This document shows positions 1-9,563 of a stretch of DNA of 50,672 bases, one piece after another. Below the pieces are notes generated by a model. It did not search any database, was not told the DNA's origin, and worked only from the letters and a program-made list of their open reading frames with translations. Where the stretch lies: positions 1 through 50,672 of the forward strand of contig JBMFWY010000004.1 of NCBI GenBank assembly GCA_049964795.1, given 5' to 3'. The number at the start of each line of letters is the position of its first letter. The stretch's first letter is position 1. Source of the stretch: Candidatus Micrarchaeia archaeon. GTDB lineage: Archaea > Micrarchaeota > Micrarchaeia > Micrarchaeales > Micrarchaeaceae. Made by a program: the position numbers and the translations under genes.

Positions 1-280
1 TTTTATTCTTTAAGGTCACCATATTCATGTTATCATCTCTTCCCTACTTTCTGCAGGGGCTTACTGTCGAAAGAGGGAAAGTAACCCCTGCTGTAGGGAT
101 TGTATTTAACGACGAAGAAAAGATTTATAATTTGTCAGGTTCCTAATGCAGATGACACTAAAAGTGAAGCGTTTTGCAAGAATTAATGGTTTTTTACATT
201 TTTAGCACTTATTTTACAGAAGTTATAAAATATTTCGCTGCTTATGATTGGATATTAGCTAGATTTCTAAAGGTGTAAAA

Positions 281-1546
281 ATGGCAGAAGAGCTAAATCC
301 ATTCAAGATAGCACAGCAGCAGCTTGATGAAGCTGCAGAAGTCATGAACCTAGACAAGCAAGCGCACGCAATACTAAGAAAGCCTATGCGCACGCTAGTT
401 GTCAATATACCTGTCAAAATGGACAGCGGAGAGACAAAGGTATTTACAGGATTCAGGGTACAGTACAACGATGCGCGCGGGCCGGTAAAAGGAGGTATAA
501 GATTCCACCCGCAAGAAAGCATCGATACGGTAAAGGCTTTAGCCGCATGGATGACTTGGAAGACAAGCCTTGCCAATATACCATATGGAGGCGCAAAGGG
601 GGGAGTAATCTGCGACACCAAAAGCATGAGCGCAGGAGAGATAGAGAGGCTTTCACGCGGATATATAAGGGCTATAGGAACTTTCATAGGGCCTAATGTA
701 GATATACCTGCGCCAGATGTATATACTACGCCGCAGATTATGGCGTGGATGATGGATGAATATAGCAATATAGTGAGATACAATGCATTTGGCACAATAA
801 CTGGAAAGCCTTTAGAGGTATGGGGCTCTGAAGGAAGGGGAGATTCTACAGCGATGGGAGGGCTATTTGTAATGAGGGAAGCGGCAAAGGTGCTTGGCAT
901 AGACCTGAAGAAAGCCAAGATTGCTGTGCAGGGCTTTGGAAACGCAGGCAAATTTGCCTATACTCTATCTAAGCAGCTTTTCGGTTCAAAGGTAGTAGCG
1001 ATAAGCGATTCCAAAGGAGGAACATATGATGAGAAAGGTCTTGACCTTGCAAAACTTGAAAAAGCCAAGAACGAAACTGGCAGTGTGGAAAACTATGAAG
1101 GAGGAGAAAAAATTACAAACGAACAGCTGCTTGAAAGCGATGTAGATATACTCATACCTGCAGCAATAGAAAACCAGATAACAGGTTCTAATGCAGACAA
1201 GATAAAAGCAAAGCTTGTGCTGGAGCTTGCCAACGGACCAGTAACGCCCGAAGCGGACAAGATACTCCATGAAAAAGGCATATTGGACTTGCCTGATTTC
1301 CTTGTAAACAGCGGAGGGGTTATAGGCTCGTATTTCGAATGGGTCCAGAACATAGGAGGTTATTACTGGAGTGCAGAAGAAGTATACCAGAAGCTCGACA
1401 AGATAATAACAAAATCTTTTGCGGATACTATGAGGACAAAGAGCGAATACGAAAGCAAGGGCAAAAAGGTAACTCCAAGAACTGCAGCATACATAATAGC
1501 AGTAGACAGGATCGCAAAAGCAATGAAGGCAAGAGGCTGGTACTGA
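281..1546 (+). CDS. gdhA: Glu/Leu/Phe/Val-family glutamate dehydrogenase
   Basis: [27 protein letters not shown] Rossmann motif, ELANGP; AAGGTG SD before the ATG. Confidence 0.96.
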   Translation: MAEELNPFKIAQQQLDEAAEVMNLDKQAHAILRKPMRTLVVNIPVKMDSGETKVFTGFRVQYNDARGPVKGGIRFHPQESIDTVKALAAWMTWKTSLANIPYGGAKGGVICDTKSMSAGEIERLSRGYIRAIGTFIGPNVDIPAPDVYTTPQIMAWMMDEYSNIVRYNAFGTITGKPLEVWGSEGRGDSTAMGGLFVMREAAKVLGIDLKKAKIAVQGFGNAGKFAYTLSKQLFGSKVVAISDSKGGTYDEKGLDLAKLEKAKNETGSVENYEGGEKITNEQLLESDVDILIPAAIENQITGSNADKIKAKLVLELANGPVTPEADKILHEKGILDLPDFLVNSGGVIGSYFEWVQNIGGYYWSAEEVYQKLDKIITKSFADTMRTKSEYESKGKKVTPRTAAYIIAVDRIAKAMKARGWY

Positions 1547-1554
1547 AAAACATT

Positions 1555-1590
1555 CCTTTTCTTTTTTTATCTTTCTTCCTTCTCCCTATT
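1555..1590 (+). terminator. Oligo-T/pyrimidine tract after gdhA (archaeal-type terminator)
   Basis: ccttttctttttttatctttcttccttct directly after the stop codon. Confidence 0.5.
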
Positions 1591-1663
1591 TCTTTACTAC
1601 TAATGCTTATGCTTATATTTAGGTTTGGCTTTCGCTAATTTTGCTGTTTTAGATTTGAATATG

Positions 1664-2203
1664 CTATTCGCTAAGCTTTATGCCAGCCTTCCTGGCCTCG
1701 TCTATTACCCTTTTGTAGAATGCAAGGAAAAATGCGGTGAACTGCTTGTTGTTTTTCACTATCTGCTCGTTTATTTCCTTTATGCTCATCCATTTCCAGT
1801 CGTTTGCCTCTTCTTTGTTTATCTTCGGCCTGCCGTTGTAAACACCAACGAAATAATGGTCGTACTCGTGCTCCGTTAGGCCGTTCTCCATCTCCGCTTT
1901 GTATATGAAGCTGCAGAGTTCCTTGAGATCGCAGTCAAACCCCATTTCCTCCTTCAGACGCCTGTGTGCGGCATCTATCGGCTTTTCACCAGGGAAGGGA
2001 TGGCTGCATGTTGTACTTGACCACAGCCCTGCTCCATGATACTTGGTAAGCGCGCGCTGCTGCATCATCAGCTTCCCTTTGTCGTTGAATATGAAAACGG
2101 ATATTGCCCTGTGGAGTTTGCCTCCGTTCTGATGAGCCTTGAGCTTGTCTTCAAGGCCTATCTCTCTGTCGTTTTCATCAACAAGAACAACTTTCTGGTC
2201 CAT
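1664..2203 (-). CDS. idi: Isopentenyl-diphosphate delta-isomerase, type 1 (Nudix fold)
   Basis: VVLVDEND, KLKAH, LHRAISVFIF, QQRA..KY, CSHP, RRLKEEMG, EHEYDH; start reset to the ATG at 2203 (MDQK) behind a CAGGTG SD. Confidence 0.93.
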   Translation of the reverse strand: MDQKVVLVDENDREIGLEDKLKAHQNGGKLHRAISVFIFNDKGKLMMQQRALTKYHGAGLWSSTTCSHPFPGEKPIDAAHRRLKEEMGFDCDLKELCSFIYKAEMENGLTEHEYDHYFVGVYNGRPKINKEEANDWKWMSIKEINEQIVKNNKQFTAFFLAFYKRVIDEARKAGIKLSE

Positions 2204-2439
2204 ATACGCACCTGATTTTGATTCCTCCTGCTGCACACGCTTTTGGCACATTAATTCGATACTCCTTGTTACGTTATTAGGTAAAGAATTTTTGAGGCTT
2301 TGCATGTTTTGCAGAAGCATTTCAAAGAAGCTTTCCGAAGTAGTATTTTTAAATGTTGCCAACAAATTATTTCCAGCTTTTGGCGGCTTTGTGCTATTCT
2401 TTTGCACAGCAAACGCCAAGCCCAAGTGGAAGTGGTAAA

Positions 2440-4446
2440 ATGGATTTGATAATCTTACCTTTGGTTGGCTCGATACTTGCTTTGCTGTACGCAGCTCTTG
2501 CGGCGCTTTTTGTACTTAGGCAAGAAAGGGGCAACAAGAAGATGGAAGAGATAGCAAAAGGAATAAGGCAGGGTGCAAGCGCATTCATAAAGAGAGAATA
2601 CAAAACAATATTCATTTTCTGGCTCGTACTTACTATAATATTCTCCATTGCAGCCTATTTCAAGATACTGCCTGCGCCTACACCCATAGCATTTACGGTT
2701 GGCGCGGCGGGCTCTGCATTGGCAGGATACATTGGAATGGAAATATCAGTAAGGGCAAATGTCAAGACTGCAAAAGCAGCAGAGAAAGGGCTTAGAAAGG
2801 GGCTTAGGCTTGCTTTTATTGGAGGAAGCGTAACAGGCATGAGTGTAGTAGGGCTTGCATTGCTGGGCTTTACTGTAATGTTTATGCTTTACGGCAATCC
2901 TGTAGTGTTGATAGGCTTTGGATTTGGAGCGAGCCTGGTAAGTCTGTTCGCAAGGGTAGGCGGAGGAATATATACCAAAGGGGCTGACGTGGGCGCAGAC
3001 CTTGTAGGCAAGACCGAGATAGGCCTGCCTGAAGATGACCCGAGAAATCCTGCGGTGATAGCTGACAACGTAGGAGACAATGTAGGCGACTGCGCAGGCA
3101 TGGCCGCAGACCTTTACGAATCATATGTAATAACAGTGCTTGCTTCTATGCTTATAGCGCAGCTATTCAAGCTTCCTTATTATGCACTTGTTCTTCCGCT
3201 TGCTGTAGGAGGGATAGCAATAATAGCTTCGATAATAGGAACTTTCCTCGTAGGCACTGATGAGCCGAAAAAGATATGGAGCACTCTTTACAAATCCATA
3301 CTTATCTCTGGAGCAATTGCAGTATTAGGCTTCTTTGCATTTACCTTAAGCATAAACGCTCTGCCATATTTTGTGGCGATGCTTGCTGGCATAGTTGTTG
3401 CAATTCTAATAGCGCAGATAACAGGCCATTATACTAACAAGGATACGAAGGCGGTGCTAGAGATCGCCGAGGCTTCCAGGTCAGGTGCAGGCACAAATAT
3501 AATAACAGGAGTTGCAAACGGCATGCGCGCGACAATGTATCCTGTCCTTACGATAGTAGGAGGCATACTGGTGTCATATGTAGTGGCGGGAGTATATGGC
3601 ATTTCTATAGCAGCCATGGCCATGCTTTCGCTGACAGGCATAGTGGTGTCTGTAGACAGTTTTGGTCCTATAACGGATAATGCAGGAGGCATTGCGGAGA
3701 TGAGCGGTATGCCGGAAAGCGTAAGAAAGATAACAGACCCGCTTGACGCTGTAGGCAATACAACAAAAGCAGTTACGAAAGGATTTGCAATTGGCGCGGC
3801 GGCGCTTGCGGCGCTATCGCTTTTCGTTGCTTTCGCAAGCGTCTCAAACATACAGGCGCTTGACATACTGAACCCGATGGTAATGATAGGGCTCTTCATA
3901 GGCGCAATGATACCCTTCGTTTTCTCTGGCATAACAATGCGTGCTGTTGGCAAGGCCGCCTCAAGCATAGTAGAGGAGGTAAGGCACCAGGTGAAAACAA
4001 GGAAGGGCATGATGCAGGGCAAAGTGCTTCCAGACTATGCAAAAGCTGTAGATATAACAACAAAAGAGGCAATAAGATCGTTGACTGCTCCTGCGCTTCT
4101 TGGCATACTTTCACCAATAGTAGTTGGGCTTGTATTTGGCAAGTTTGCGCTTGGAGGCTTGCTTGCAGGGGTCATAGTATCAGGGCTAGTGCTTGCGATA
4201 ATGATGACCACTGGAGGCGCAGCATGGGATAACGCCAAGAAGTTTGTCGAAGAAGGGCACTTTGGAGGTAAAGGCTCTGAAACGCACAAGGCTGCAGTAG
4301 TGGGAGACACAGTAGGGGATCCATTCAAGGATACGGCAGGCCCGGGAATAAATCCGCTGATAAAGGTAATAAACACGGTGTCGCTCCTGATCTTCCCAAT
4401 ATTCGCGTATTCTCTACCCGTGCTGCTCCACGCCTCAGGAATGTAA
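2440..4446 (+). CDS. hppA: Membrane-bound proton-translocating pyrophosphatase, K+-independent type
   Basis: GGIYTKGADVGADLVGK, EDDPRNP, DNVGDNVGD, GDTVGDPFKDT; GNTTKA carries Lys at the K+-dependence determinant; start reset to ATG 2440. Confidence 0.95.
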   Translation: MDLIILPLVGSILALLYAALAALFVLRQERGNKKMEEIAKGIRQGASAFIKREYKTIFIFWLVLTIIFSIAAYFKILPAPTPIAFTVGAAGSALAGYIGMEISVRANVKTAKAAEKGLRKGLRLAFIGGSVTGMSVVGLALLGFTVMFMLYGNPVVLIGFGFGASLVSLFARVGGGIYTKGADVGADLVGKTEIGLPEDDPRNPAVIADNVGDNVGDCAGMAADLYESYVITVLASMLIAQLFKLPYYALVLPLAVGGIAIIASIIGTFLVGTDEPKKIWSTLYKSILISGAIAVLGFFAFTLSINALPYFVAMLAGIVVAILIAQITGHYTNKDTKAVLEIAEASRSGAGTNIITGVANGMRATMYPVLTIVGGILVSYVVAGVYGISIAAMAMLSLTGIVVSVDSFGPITDNAGGIAEMSGMPESVRKITDPLDAVGNTTKAVTKGFAIGAAALAALSLFVAFASVSNIQALDILNPMVMIGLFIGAMIPFVFSGITMRAVGKAASSIVEEVRHQVKTRKGMMQGKVLPDYAKAVDITTKEAIRSLTAPALLGILSPIVVGLVFGKFALGGLLAGVIVSGLVLAIMMTTGGAAWDNAKKFVEEGHFGGKGSETHKAAVVGDTVGDPFKDTAGPGINPLIKVINTVSLLIFPIFAYSLPVLLHASGM

Positions 4447-4537
4447 ATGCAATGTTTTCTTTTCCTTTTTGCTTTCTTCTTTGTTGGATAAGCTAAGTAG
4501 AAACGCAATTATTTATAATTCAATTGCAATAGAATAA

Positions 4538-4594
4538 TGTATGATGACCAAGCGCACTGAGCTATGCTGTGATGTGGATCTTGAGTGCTGACAT
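4538..4594 (+). ncRNA. Box C/D guide sRNA, predicted to guide Cm34 of tRNA-Leu(CAA)
   Basis: C box ATGATGA 4541-4547, D' CTGA 4557-4560, C' GTGATGT 4569-4575, D CTGA 4588-4591, terminal ATG/CAT stem, TATA (TTTATAA) 4512-4518; D guide GGATCTTGAGT is complementary to ACUCAAGAUCC. Confidence 0.8.
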
Positions 4595-4613
4595 ATTTAG
4601 ATGCGGTGAAATT

Positions 4614-4820
4614 TTGAGAATTTCCAAAAGCGCTATAAAAAAGATAGTAAAAGAGAGCACAAACGCGAAGATAAGCGACAGCGCTGCGGAGCTGCTTGCA
4701 AAAATATTGGAAAAGAAGGCGGAGAAGATAGCAAAGCATGCTGTGCAGCATGCAAAAAAGAAGGATAGGAAAGTTTTGATGCTTGAGGACATAGAAGACT
4801 TCAAGCTGAGAGGCGAGTAG
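4614..4820 (+). CDS. Archaeal histone (HMf-like fold)
   Basis: Short basic protein with AIKKIVK..AKISDSA..IAKHAVQHAK..RKVL..EDI; probable TTG start after GCGGTGA SD. Confidence 0.85.
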   Translation: MRISKSAIKKIVKESTNAKISDSAAELLAKILEKKAEKIAKHAVQHAKKKDRKVLMLEDIEDFKLRGE

Positions 4821-4821
4821 T

Positions 4822-5355
4822 GTGGAGAGCGCAAGGCTATCGAGAGGTCCAAATGGAGAAGCAAGATTTGACTACTTTCAAGAAGGCGAGGAAAGCACAC
4901 TTCTTATCGAAAAGGCAGGAGAAGGCATACTTGAGAGCCTGTTCGACAGAAATGGAGCCGTGCTTAAGCAAGTAATGCTGAAAGGGGACCAAAAAGAGAT
5001 AGAACGGGAAGTTGAAGAGCTGTCAAAACGTGTAGGCCAGTTAGAAAGCTCAGAATACAGAGAAGTGACGCTTCAAAAAAGCTGCCCCCATTGCGGTAGC
5101 AATTCGCTAAAAAGAAGCATCGATTTTGAAAAAGGGGACGTGCCTGTAGTTCCTACATATGTGTGCGGCAAATGCGGAGGAAGAAGCTATTACCTTACTG
5201 AGCAGTATTTGAGAGGCATCGTATCTTCAAGAAAAGACCTGTTTTCGGAGAGCGAGAAAAAGGAGCTAGAAGTGAATGAGGAAGCATTCCTAAAAGAGCT
5301 CAAAGAGTATATAATAAGAATATTTGCATCAAAAAGGATTATTGCGATCAGATAA
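4822..5355 (+). CDS. Hypothetical zinc-ribbon protein
   Basis: CPHC...CGKC Cys pairs; starts 1 nt after the histone stop. Confidence 0.7.
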   Translation: MESARLSRGPNGEARFDYFQEGEESTLLIEKAGEGILESLFDRNGAVLKQVMLKGDQKEIEREVEELSKRVGQLESSEYREVTLQKSCPHCGSNSLKRSIDFEKGDVPVVPTYVCGKCGGRSYYLTEQYLRGIVSSRKDLFSESEKKELEVNEEAFLKELKEYIIRIFASKRIIAIR

Positions 5356-5365
5356 AGGTGTCAAT

Positions 5366-5608
5366 ATGGGAATACTGCTTTCGGAACTTTATGGCAAAGG
5401 GATACTTACCAACACGGGCAACAAGGTAGGCTTTGTAGAGGATATAATACTTGATTTTGAGGAAGGCAAAGTTTCCAGGCTCCTCCTCACGAAGATAGAC
5501 GACTTGCTTACCGTGAAGAATACAGCCGAGGTACTATCAAAGAATAGCGTAAATTTTGAAAGGGTAAAGAGCATTTCTGAAACAATAATAGTAGGAAGCG
5601 GGAAGTAG
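5366..5608 (+). CDS. PRC-barrel domain protein (possibly CdpB-like cell-division protein)
   Basis: LSELYGK.I....G..VG.VEDIILD...GKV..L and V.SISETIIV PRC signature; AAGGTG SD before ATG 5366. Confidence 0.8.
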   Translation: MGILLSELYGKGILTNTGNKVGFVEDIILDFEEGKVSRLLLTKIDDLLTVKNTAEVLSKNSVNFERVKSISETIIVGSGK

Positions 5609-5733
5609 CTCACTTTTTATGCGCTGTTCTTCTGTTTTTGCCATGGGGCGCTTTCAGAGCCAGAAGAAGCAAGGTAGCAAATCCCATGCTGGGCATTACC
5701 TTGTCTTCAGCAAGCAAGAACAAGATAAAAAGC

Positions 5734-5865
5734 TCAATCAGTAGATACTTCTCTTGCGAGGCTAGACCTTTCCTTGAGTATTATCCTGCCACCACAATAA
5801 AGGCACATCATACCTTCGGAAAGAGATTTTATCTGCTTTCCGCATTTCGCACATACGTAAGCCAT
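5734..5865 (-). CDS. rpoP: DNA-directed RNA polymerase subunit P (Rpo12), 43 aa, not in the ORF track
   Basis: MAYVCAKCGKQIKSLSEGMMCLYCGGRIILKERSSLAREVSTD: CxxC..CxxCGxRI..KxR; usual position downstream of rpl37ae; AAGGTG SD. Confidence 0.92.
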   Translation of the reverse strand: MAYVCAKCGKQIKSLSEGMMCLYCGGRIILKERSSLAREVSTD

Positions 5866-5926
5866 AAATTGCACCTTTTCAAATCAGAATTATATAAGCA
5901 AATTATAATTGCAAATAAACATATAT

Positions 5927-6319
5927 TTATTTCTGCTTATCTTTGCTGCTTGGCGTGCCTTTGCTTGACTTGAGCCATTTTATAAAGTCGCGGTGAAGCT
6001 CCGACTTGCTCATGTCTATTACCCTTATTTTAAGATAGCCACCCTGGTAGTTTTCGTCTTTGACCTCCATTATAGGCTTGTATTCGTCTACATTGTCGGC
6101 ATAATGAACCTCTGCCCAGTGCAGCACACCGTCTAGGTATTGCTTTGAAAGCTCGCGATTCATAGGTATGGAATTGAATCTGTAGAGTATGCCGTCGCAC
6201 CAGTACAAAGGAAGATTCCCCATAGAGGTTACGTTTCCGCGCATAAGATCCTCGTAGCTCATCTTGAAAAGGTCATGCACTACGAGCTCTTTTATAGGCG
6301 AAAAGCTTATTTTTACCAT
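5927..6319 (-). CDS. Hypothetical protein inserted between rpl37ae and rpoP
   Basis: Co-oriented ORF in the operon with normal globular composition (LYWCDG); ATG at 6319. Confidence 0.7.
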   Translation of the reverse strand: MVKISFSPIKELVVHDLFKMSYEDLMRGNVTSMGNLPLYWCDGILYRFNSIPMNRELSKQYLDGVLHWAEVHYADNVDEYKPIMEVKDENYQGGYLKIRVIDMSKSELHRDFIKWLKSSKGTPSSKDKQK

Positions 6320-6341
6320 TTTTACCACTTTGACGCGACTT

Positions 6342-6593
6342 TTAGGAAGTTTGCTGCTCTTTTGCTATATTTGCTATTATGCGCCTTGCGCTTTCTCCTG
6401 CTGGAGTAGTGAAGGAATATGCTCCTCCTGCATATACCGTGCCGCAGTGCCTGCATTTCCATATGCTGGTGCTTATTCTTTTTACTTCATACTCGCCGCA
6501 TACTTCGCATTTGTACTTCGCGATTTTCTGCTTTTTAATAGCTTCGTTGAGCTTTCTTATGCTTGCACCGTATTTTATGCTAGGGTTTGCCAA
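6342..6593 (-). CDS. rpl37ae: 50S ribosomal protein L37Ae (eL43)
   Basis: KYGASIRK, CEVC..VKRISTSIWKCRHCG..AGGAY; TTG start. Confidence 0.95.
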   Translation of the reverse strand: MANPSIKYGASIRKLNEAIKKQKIAKYKCEVCGEYEVKRISTSIWKCRHCGTVYAGGAYSFTTPAGESARRIIANIAKEQQTS

Positions 6594-6635
6594 ATGACCA
6601 CCATTCTTCGAATATTATGCTCTTTTATTTAATCC

Positions 6636-7415
6636 TCAACCTTTATCAATATGCGCTTTTAGCTCGCTGTGCTTGCCGAATGCAATATCTATCATCTCGC
6701 TTATTTCCTGCCTGTTGAAGCTTCCGCTCAGGCCTTTCTGCATTGCGCGTATTACCTTACCGTCGGTTTCTATGGTCATCCTTGCGTCTGCTGCGCGCTC
6801 CTCGTTGCCTGTAGGATCAAGCACTATAGTATCGCCGATCTTTGCAAAAGTGCATGAGCTTACAGTATTGTTGATCTTTAGGGGCGCAACCCTTTCACTC
6901 ATTACAGGCTTGCCATTGCTGTATTTGGGTACTTTCGCACTTTTTAGGGCGGACATTGCGGCAAGCATGCCTGCATCGAAAAGATTGCCGTCGTAGTTCA
7001 ATATGTACAAATCAAGGTAAACGCTCCATGCTTTGCCCTCTTCTATGAGCAGACTTCCAAGGTCTATGCATTCAGCTGCGCGCACGCCCCTGTCTACCAC
7101 CCGCGAAAGCTCTATTGATTCAGGGCTTGGAGGGCCACTTTCAAAATCTGGGGATGCAAGAGGCAGCAGCTCTGCGGAAACCACAAGGTTCCCAACGTCG
7201 GGCGTGTCTTCCATTGGAGACTCCACAACCATTTTTACACCTGCCATTACCCTCGTTGCACCAAGATCCACTTGCGCGGAGCCTTCCGCATTGTTGATAA
7301 TGCCTTTAGCTATGCTTATTTCCCTGTAGGAAAACGGCTCCCTGTTGTCCTCCCTCATTTTCTTGGAGGCAAGCTCTCTTACGTATTTGCTGTTTACATA
7401 GTCTATCGCGTCCAT
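6636..7415 (-). CDS. rrp42: Exosome complex component Rrp42
   Basis: RNase PH fold: AEGSA.V.LG.T, ELSRVVDRGVR, DGNLFDA; follows rrp41. Confidence 0.93.
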   Translation of the reverse strand: MDAIDYVNSKYVRELASKKMREDNREPFSYREISIAKGIINNAEGSAQVDLGATRVMAGVKMVVESPMEDTPDVGNLVVSAELLPLASPDFESGPPSPESIELSRVVDRGVRAAECIDLGSLLIEEGKAWSVYLDLYILNYDGNLFDAGMLAAMSALKSAKVPKYSNGKPVMSERVAPLKINNTVSSCTFAKIGDTIVLDPTGNEERAADARMTIETDGKVIRAMQKGLSGSFNRQEISEMIDIAFGKHSELKAHIDKG

Positions 7416-7423
7416 TTATATCA

Positions 7424-8173
7424 TCATTCTTTGTTTTCATACTTTCTTTCGGCTCTCGCATATACTTCGCGCAAAGCCGCTTTTTGTGCCGCGCTTATGG
7501 TCTTGCCGGCTTCTACCACCAGATCTACAGCTTTCTCGAACTGCTGCTTTGTTAAGCTCCCATCCATCTGAAGCAAAAGCACATCCTTATTCCTTGGGGC
7601 AATTGCTATTGGCATATCAGCATCGGAGTAATTGTCCTCTATCATGTTGAAGTCAAGCACAACCTCTTCGCCTATCTTGCCTGCCGATACGGCGTAGATA
7701 AGGTCTTTCATGGGTATGCCAGCGCTTGCAAGAGCTACAGAAGCTGCTGTAAGTCCTGCTGCACGCGTGCCGCCGTCGCCCTGGAGAACCTCTATGAATA
7801 TGTCTATCTCATTGTTTGGAAATTCCTCGAGCAGAACAACGTTCTCAAAAGCTTCCTTTATTACTTTTGATATTTCTATTGCTCGCCTGTTTGGCCCGCT
7901 TCTACCATGGCCTTCTAGCGAAGAGAAAGGTGCCATCGAATACTTGCACCTTATTATCGCCTTTGTTGGATCGGCATCGTGTTTTGGAAAAACCTCTTTT
8001 GGACCATATACAGCTGCCAATATCTTGTTGTTGCCCTGCTCTATGTATGCGGAACCATCCGCATTCTTCAGTATGCCAGCCTCTATTTTGAGAGGCCTGA
8101 GCTCGTCAAATGCACGGCCGTCGAGCCTTTTGCCGTTGACAATCAATTCCGGTCTGTTAGCTTTAGAAGCCAT
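7424..8173 (-). CDS. rrp41: Exosome complex exonuclease Rrp41
   Basis: RLDGR..DELRP, ADGSAY, YSMAPFS, DGGTR, D.DMP, LLQMDG. Confidence 0.95.
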   Translation of the reverse strand: MASKANRPELIVNGKRLDGRAFDELRPLKIEAGILKNADGSAYIEQGNNKILAAVYGPKEVFPKHDADPTKAIIRCKYSMAPFSSLEGHGRSGPNRRAIEISKVIKEAFENVVLLEEFPNNEIDIFIEVLQGDGGTRAAGLTAASVALASAGIPMKDLIYAVSAGKIGEEVVLDFNMIEDNYSDADMPIAIAPRNKDVLLLQMDGSLTKQQFEKAVDLVVEAGKTISAAQKAALREVYARAERKYENKE

Positions 8174-8174
8174 T

Positions 8175-8789
8175 TCATAACCTTTTTGTTGTATTGTTTA
8201 CAAGCATCTCCTTTATTTTCTCTGTCAAGCCTGAAACATGAGCATCGCTTTCTATGCGCAATATTGCCGCTATGGCGAGCGCCATGTTTTCACCCCTTAC
8301 CCAGACAATGCCGTTGGAGCCTACAACCATGTCACATTTTGTAAGCTCTGATATCTGCTTTGCCATGGTGTTCGCCTTGCCAAGCACGCGCGGTATCTTC
8401 GTGGGCTTGATTTTTATAATTGCGCCGCCCTTAAGAAGCCGCGGGTTTGAAAGCATGACTTCCTTTTTACCATTTACCCTATCTATGAGTGCTTCAACTA
8501 CATCGCCCACTTTGAATTCGGCCTTGCTGAATTTGCCCAGCAACAGCACGCCCTTCCTAAAAGAGCCCAAATTCAGGGTATAGGAATTGTTTCGACCTAC
8601 ATCTTCCACTATCCCTACAACAGTTTCGTCTATTTTTGGAGCCCAAGCGCCTTCAAGAGTTATAATGCGCTTGCCCTCTTCGTCATAAAGCCCTAGCACA
8701 GTGGCATACGCCTTTCCGTTTTCGATATAAATGTTGCCGGACTTAACTCCTCCTGGTATTTGCTCTCCAGGAACAACTACGCTTTTCAT
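8175..8789 (-). CDS. rrp4: Exosome RNA-binding cap protein Rrp4 (S1+KH)
   Basis: VVVPGE N-terminus, S1 domain, KIPRVLGK and G.NG.VW KH motifs; operon position. Confidence 0.88.
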   Translation of the reverse strand: MKSVVVPGEQIPGGVKSGNIYIENGKAYATVLGLYDEEGKRIITLEGAWAPKIDETVVGIVEDVGRNNSYTLNLGSFRKGVLLLGKFSKAEFKVGDVVEALIDRVNGKKEVMLSNPRLLKGGAIIKIKPTKIPRVLGKANTMAKQISELTKCDMVVGSNGIVWVRGENMALAIAAILRIESDAHVSGLTEKIKEMLVNNTTKRL

Positions 8790-8843
8790 AAAATCCCTCA
8801 AAACAAAAAGTTTACTAAAATTTCATTCTAATAGCATAAACAA

Positions 8844-9527
8844 TTATTGCAGCTGCTTTGTAGAGGCCTTGCCTTGCGTTGCATTTCCTATCTTTAGGTA
8901 GAAGTCTGTCTGCATGCCTGCAGGGAACTCTACCACAGCTATAAGGCTGCCGTTAGGCGCCCACTGTTCAGATTTCAAGCCGTATTGCTTAAGTATGCTG
9001 TAGCATCTGTTTGAATATTCAGGAGGTATTGTTACCTCGATCTTAGCGACAGCAAATTTTATGGGCAGAACAATGCTTAGCTTTTTTATGATATCCTCAA
9101 CTTGAGCGTTGGGGTTCTTGAAAGGGTCTATCGAAACCTTGGCTTCTTTCATAGCGTTTTCGACGCGCAATGGCGGCATCGGCGCGTTGGTCCTCGGGTC
9201 TATGGCGTTCCTCGCTATAATCTCTATTATTTGCTTCTTTTTCTCCTCTAGAAGCTTCGCTCTTTGCTCTGTAGTTATAGGCACGTCAGAATTTTTGAGT
9301 ATAAATTCGGAAACCTTTGCTATATCTGTTGTCCCGAAAGCCTTCTTTATCTTTTCCTCGCTCTGGCGCTCGCCCTTCCTTGCGTCCTTGAAAACCTCTT
9401 CTATCTCAAGCACGCTGAGGGGATCCTGCCTTTTGCCCGTAACGTATTCGTATGCCATTTCGGCATTTACGATAAGCTCGAAATTGTCACCGTTCTTTTT
9501 GTATTTTATTATGTTTGTCTTCTCCAT
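8844..9527 (-). CDS. Ribosome maturation factor SBDS/Sdo1
   Basis: [35 protein letters not shown]; superoperon position. Confidence 0.93.
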   Translation of the reverse strand: MEKTNIIKYKKNGDNFELIVNAEMAYEYVTGKRQDPLSVLEIEEVFKDARKGERQSEEKIKKAFGTTDIAKVSEFILKNSDVPITTEQRAKLLEEKKKQIIEIIARNAIDPRTNAPMPPLRVENAMKEAKVSIDPFKNPNAQVEDIIKKLSIVLPIKFAVAKIEVTIPPEYSNRCYSILKQYGLKSEQWAPNGSLIAVVEFPAGMQTDFYLKIGNATQGKASTKQLQ

Positions 9528-9563
9528 GTAAAAGCACTAGAGCTTTAAAAGGCCTTTCTAAAA

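Noticed and set aside
259-951. 230-aa antisense ORF over gdhA, and similar antisense ORFs over hppA, rrp41, tatD, srp54 and the nuo genes
   Set aside because: Shadow frames of well-supported genes, with no motifs or initiation signals of their own.
2204-2439. Overlapping N-terminal extensions of idi (to 2425) and hppA (from 2353) in the ORF track
   Set aside because: Homology and SD motifs begin at 2203 and 2440; the stretch between is a divergent promoter region.
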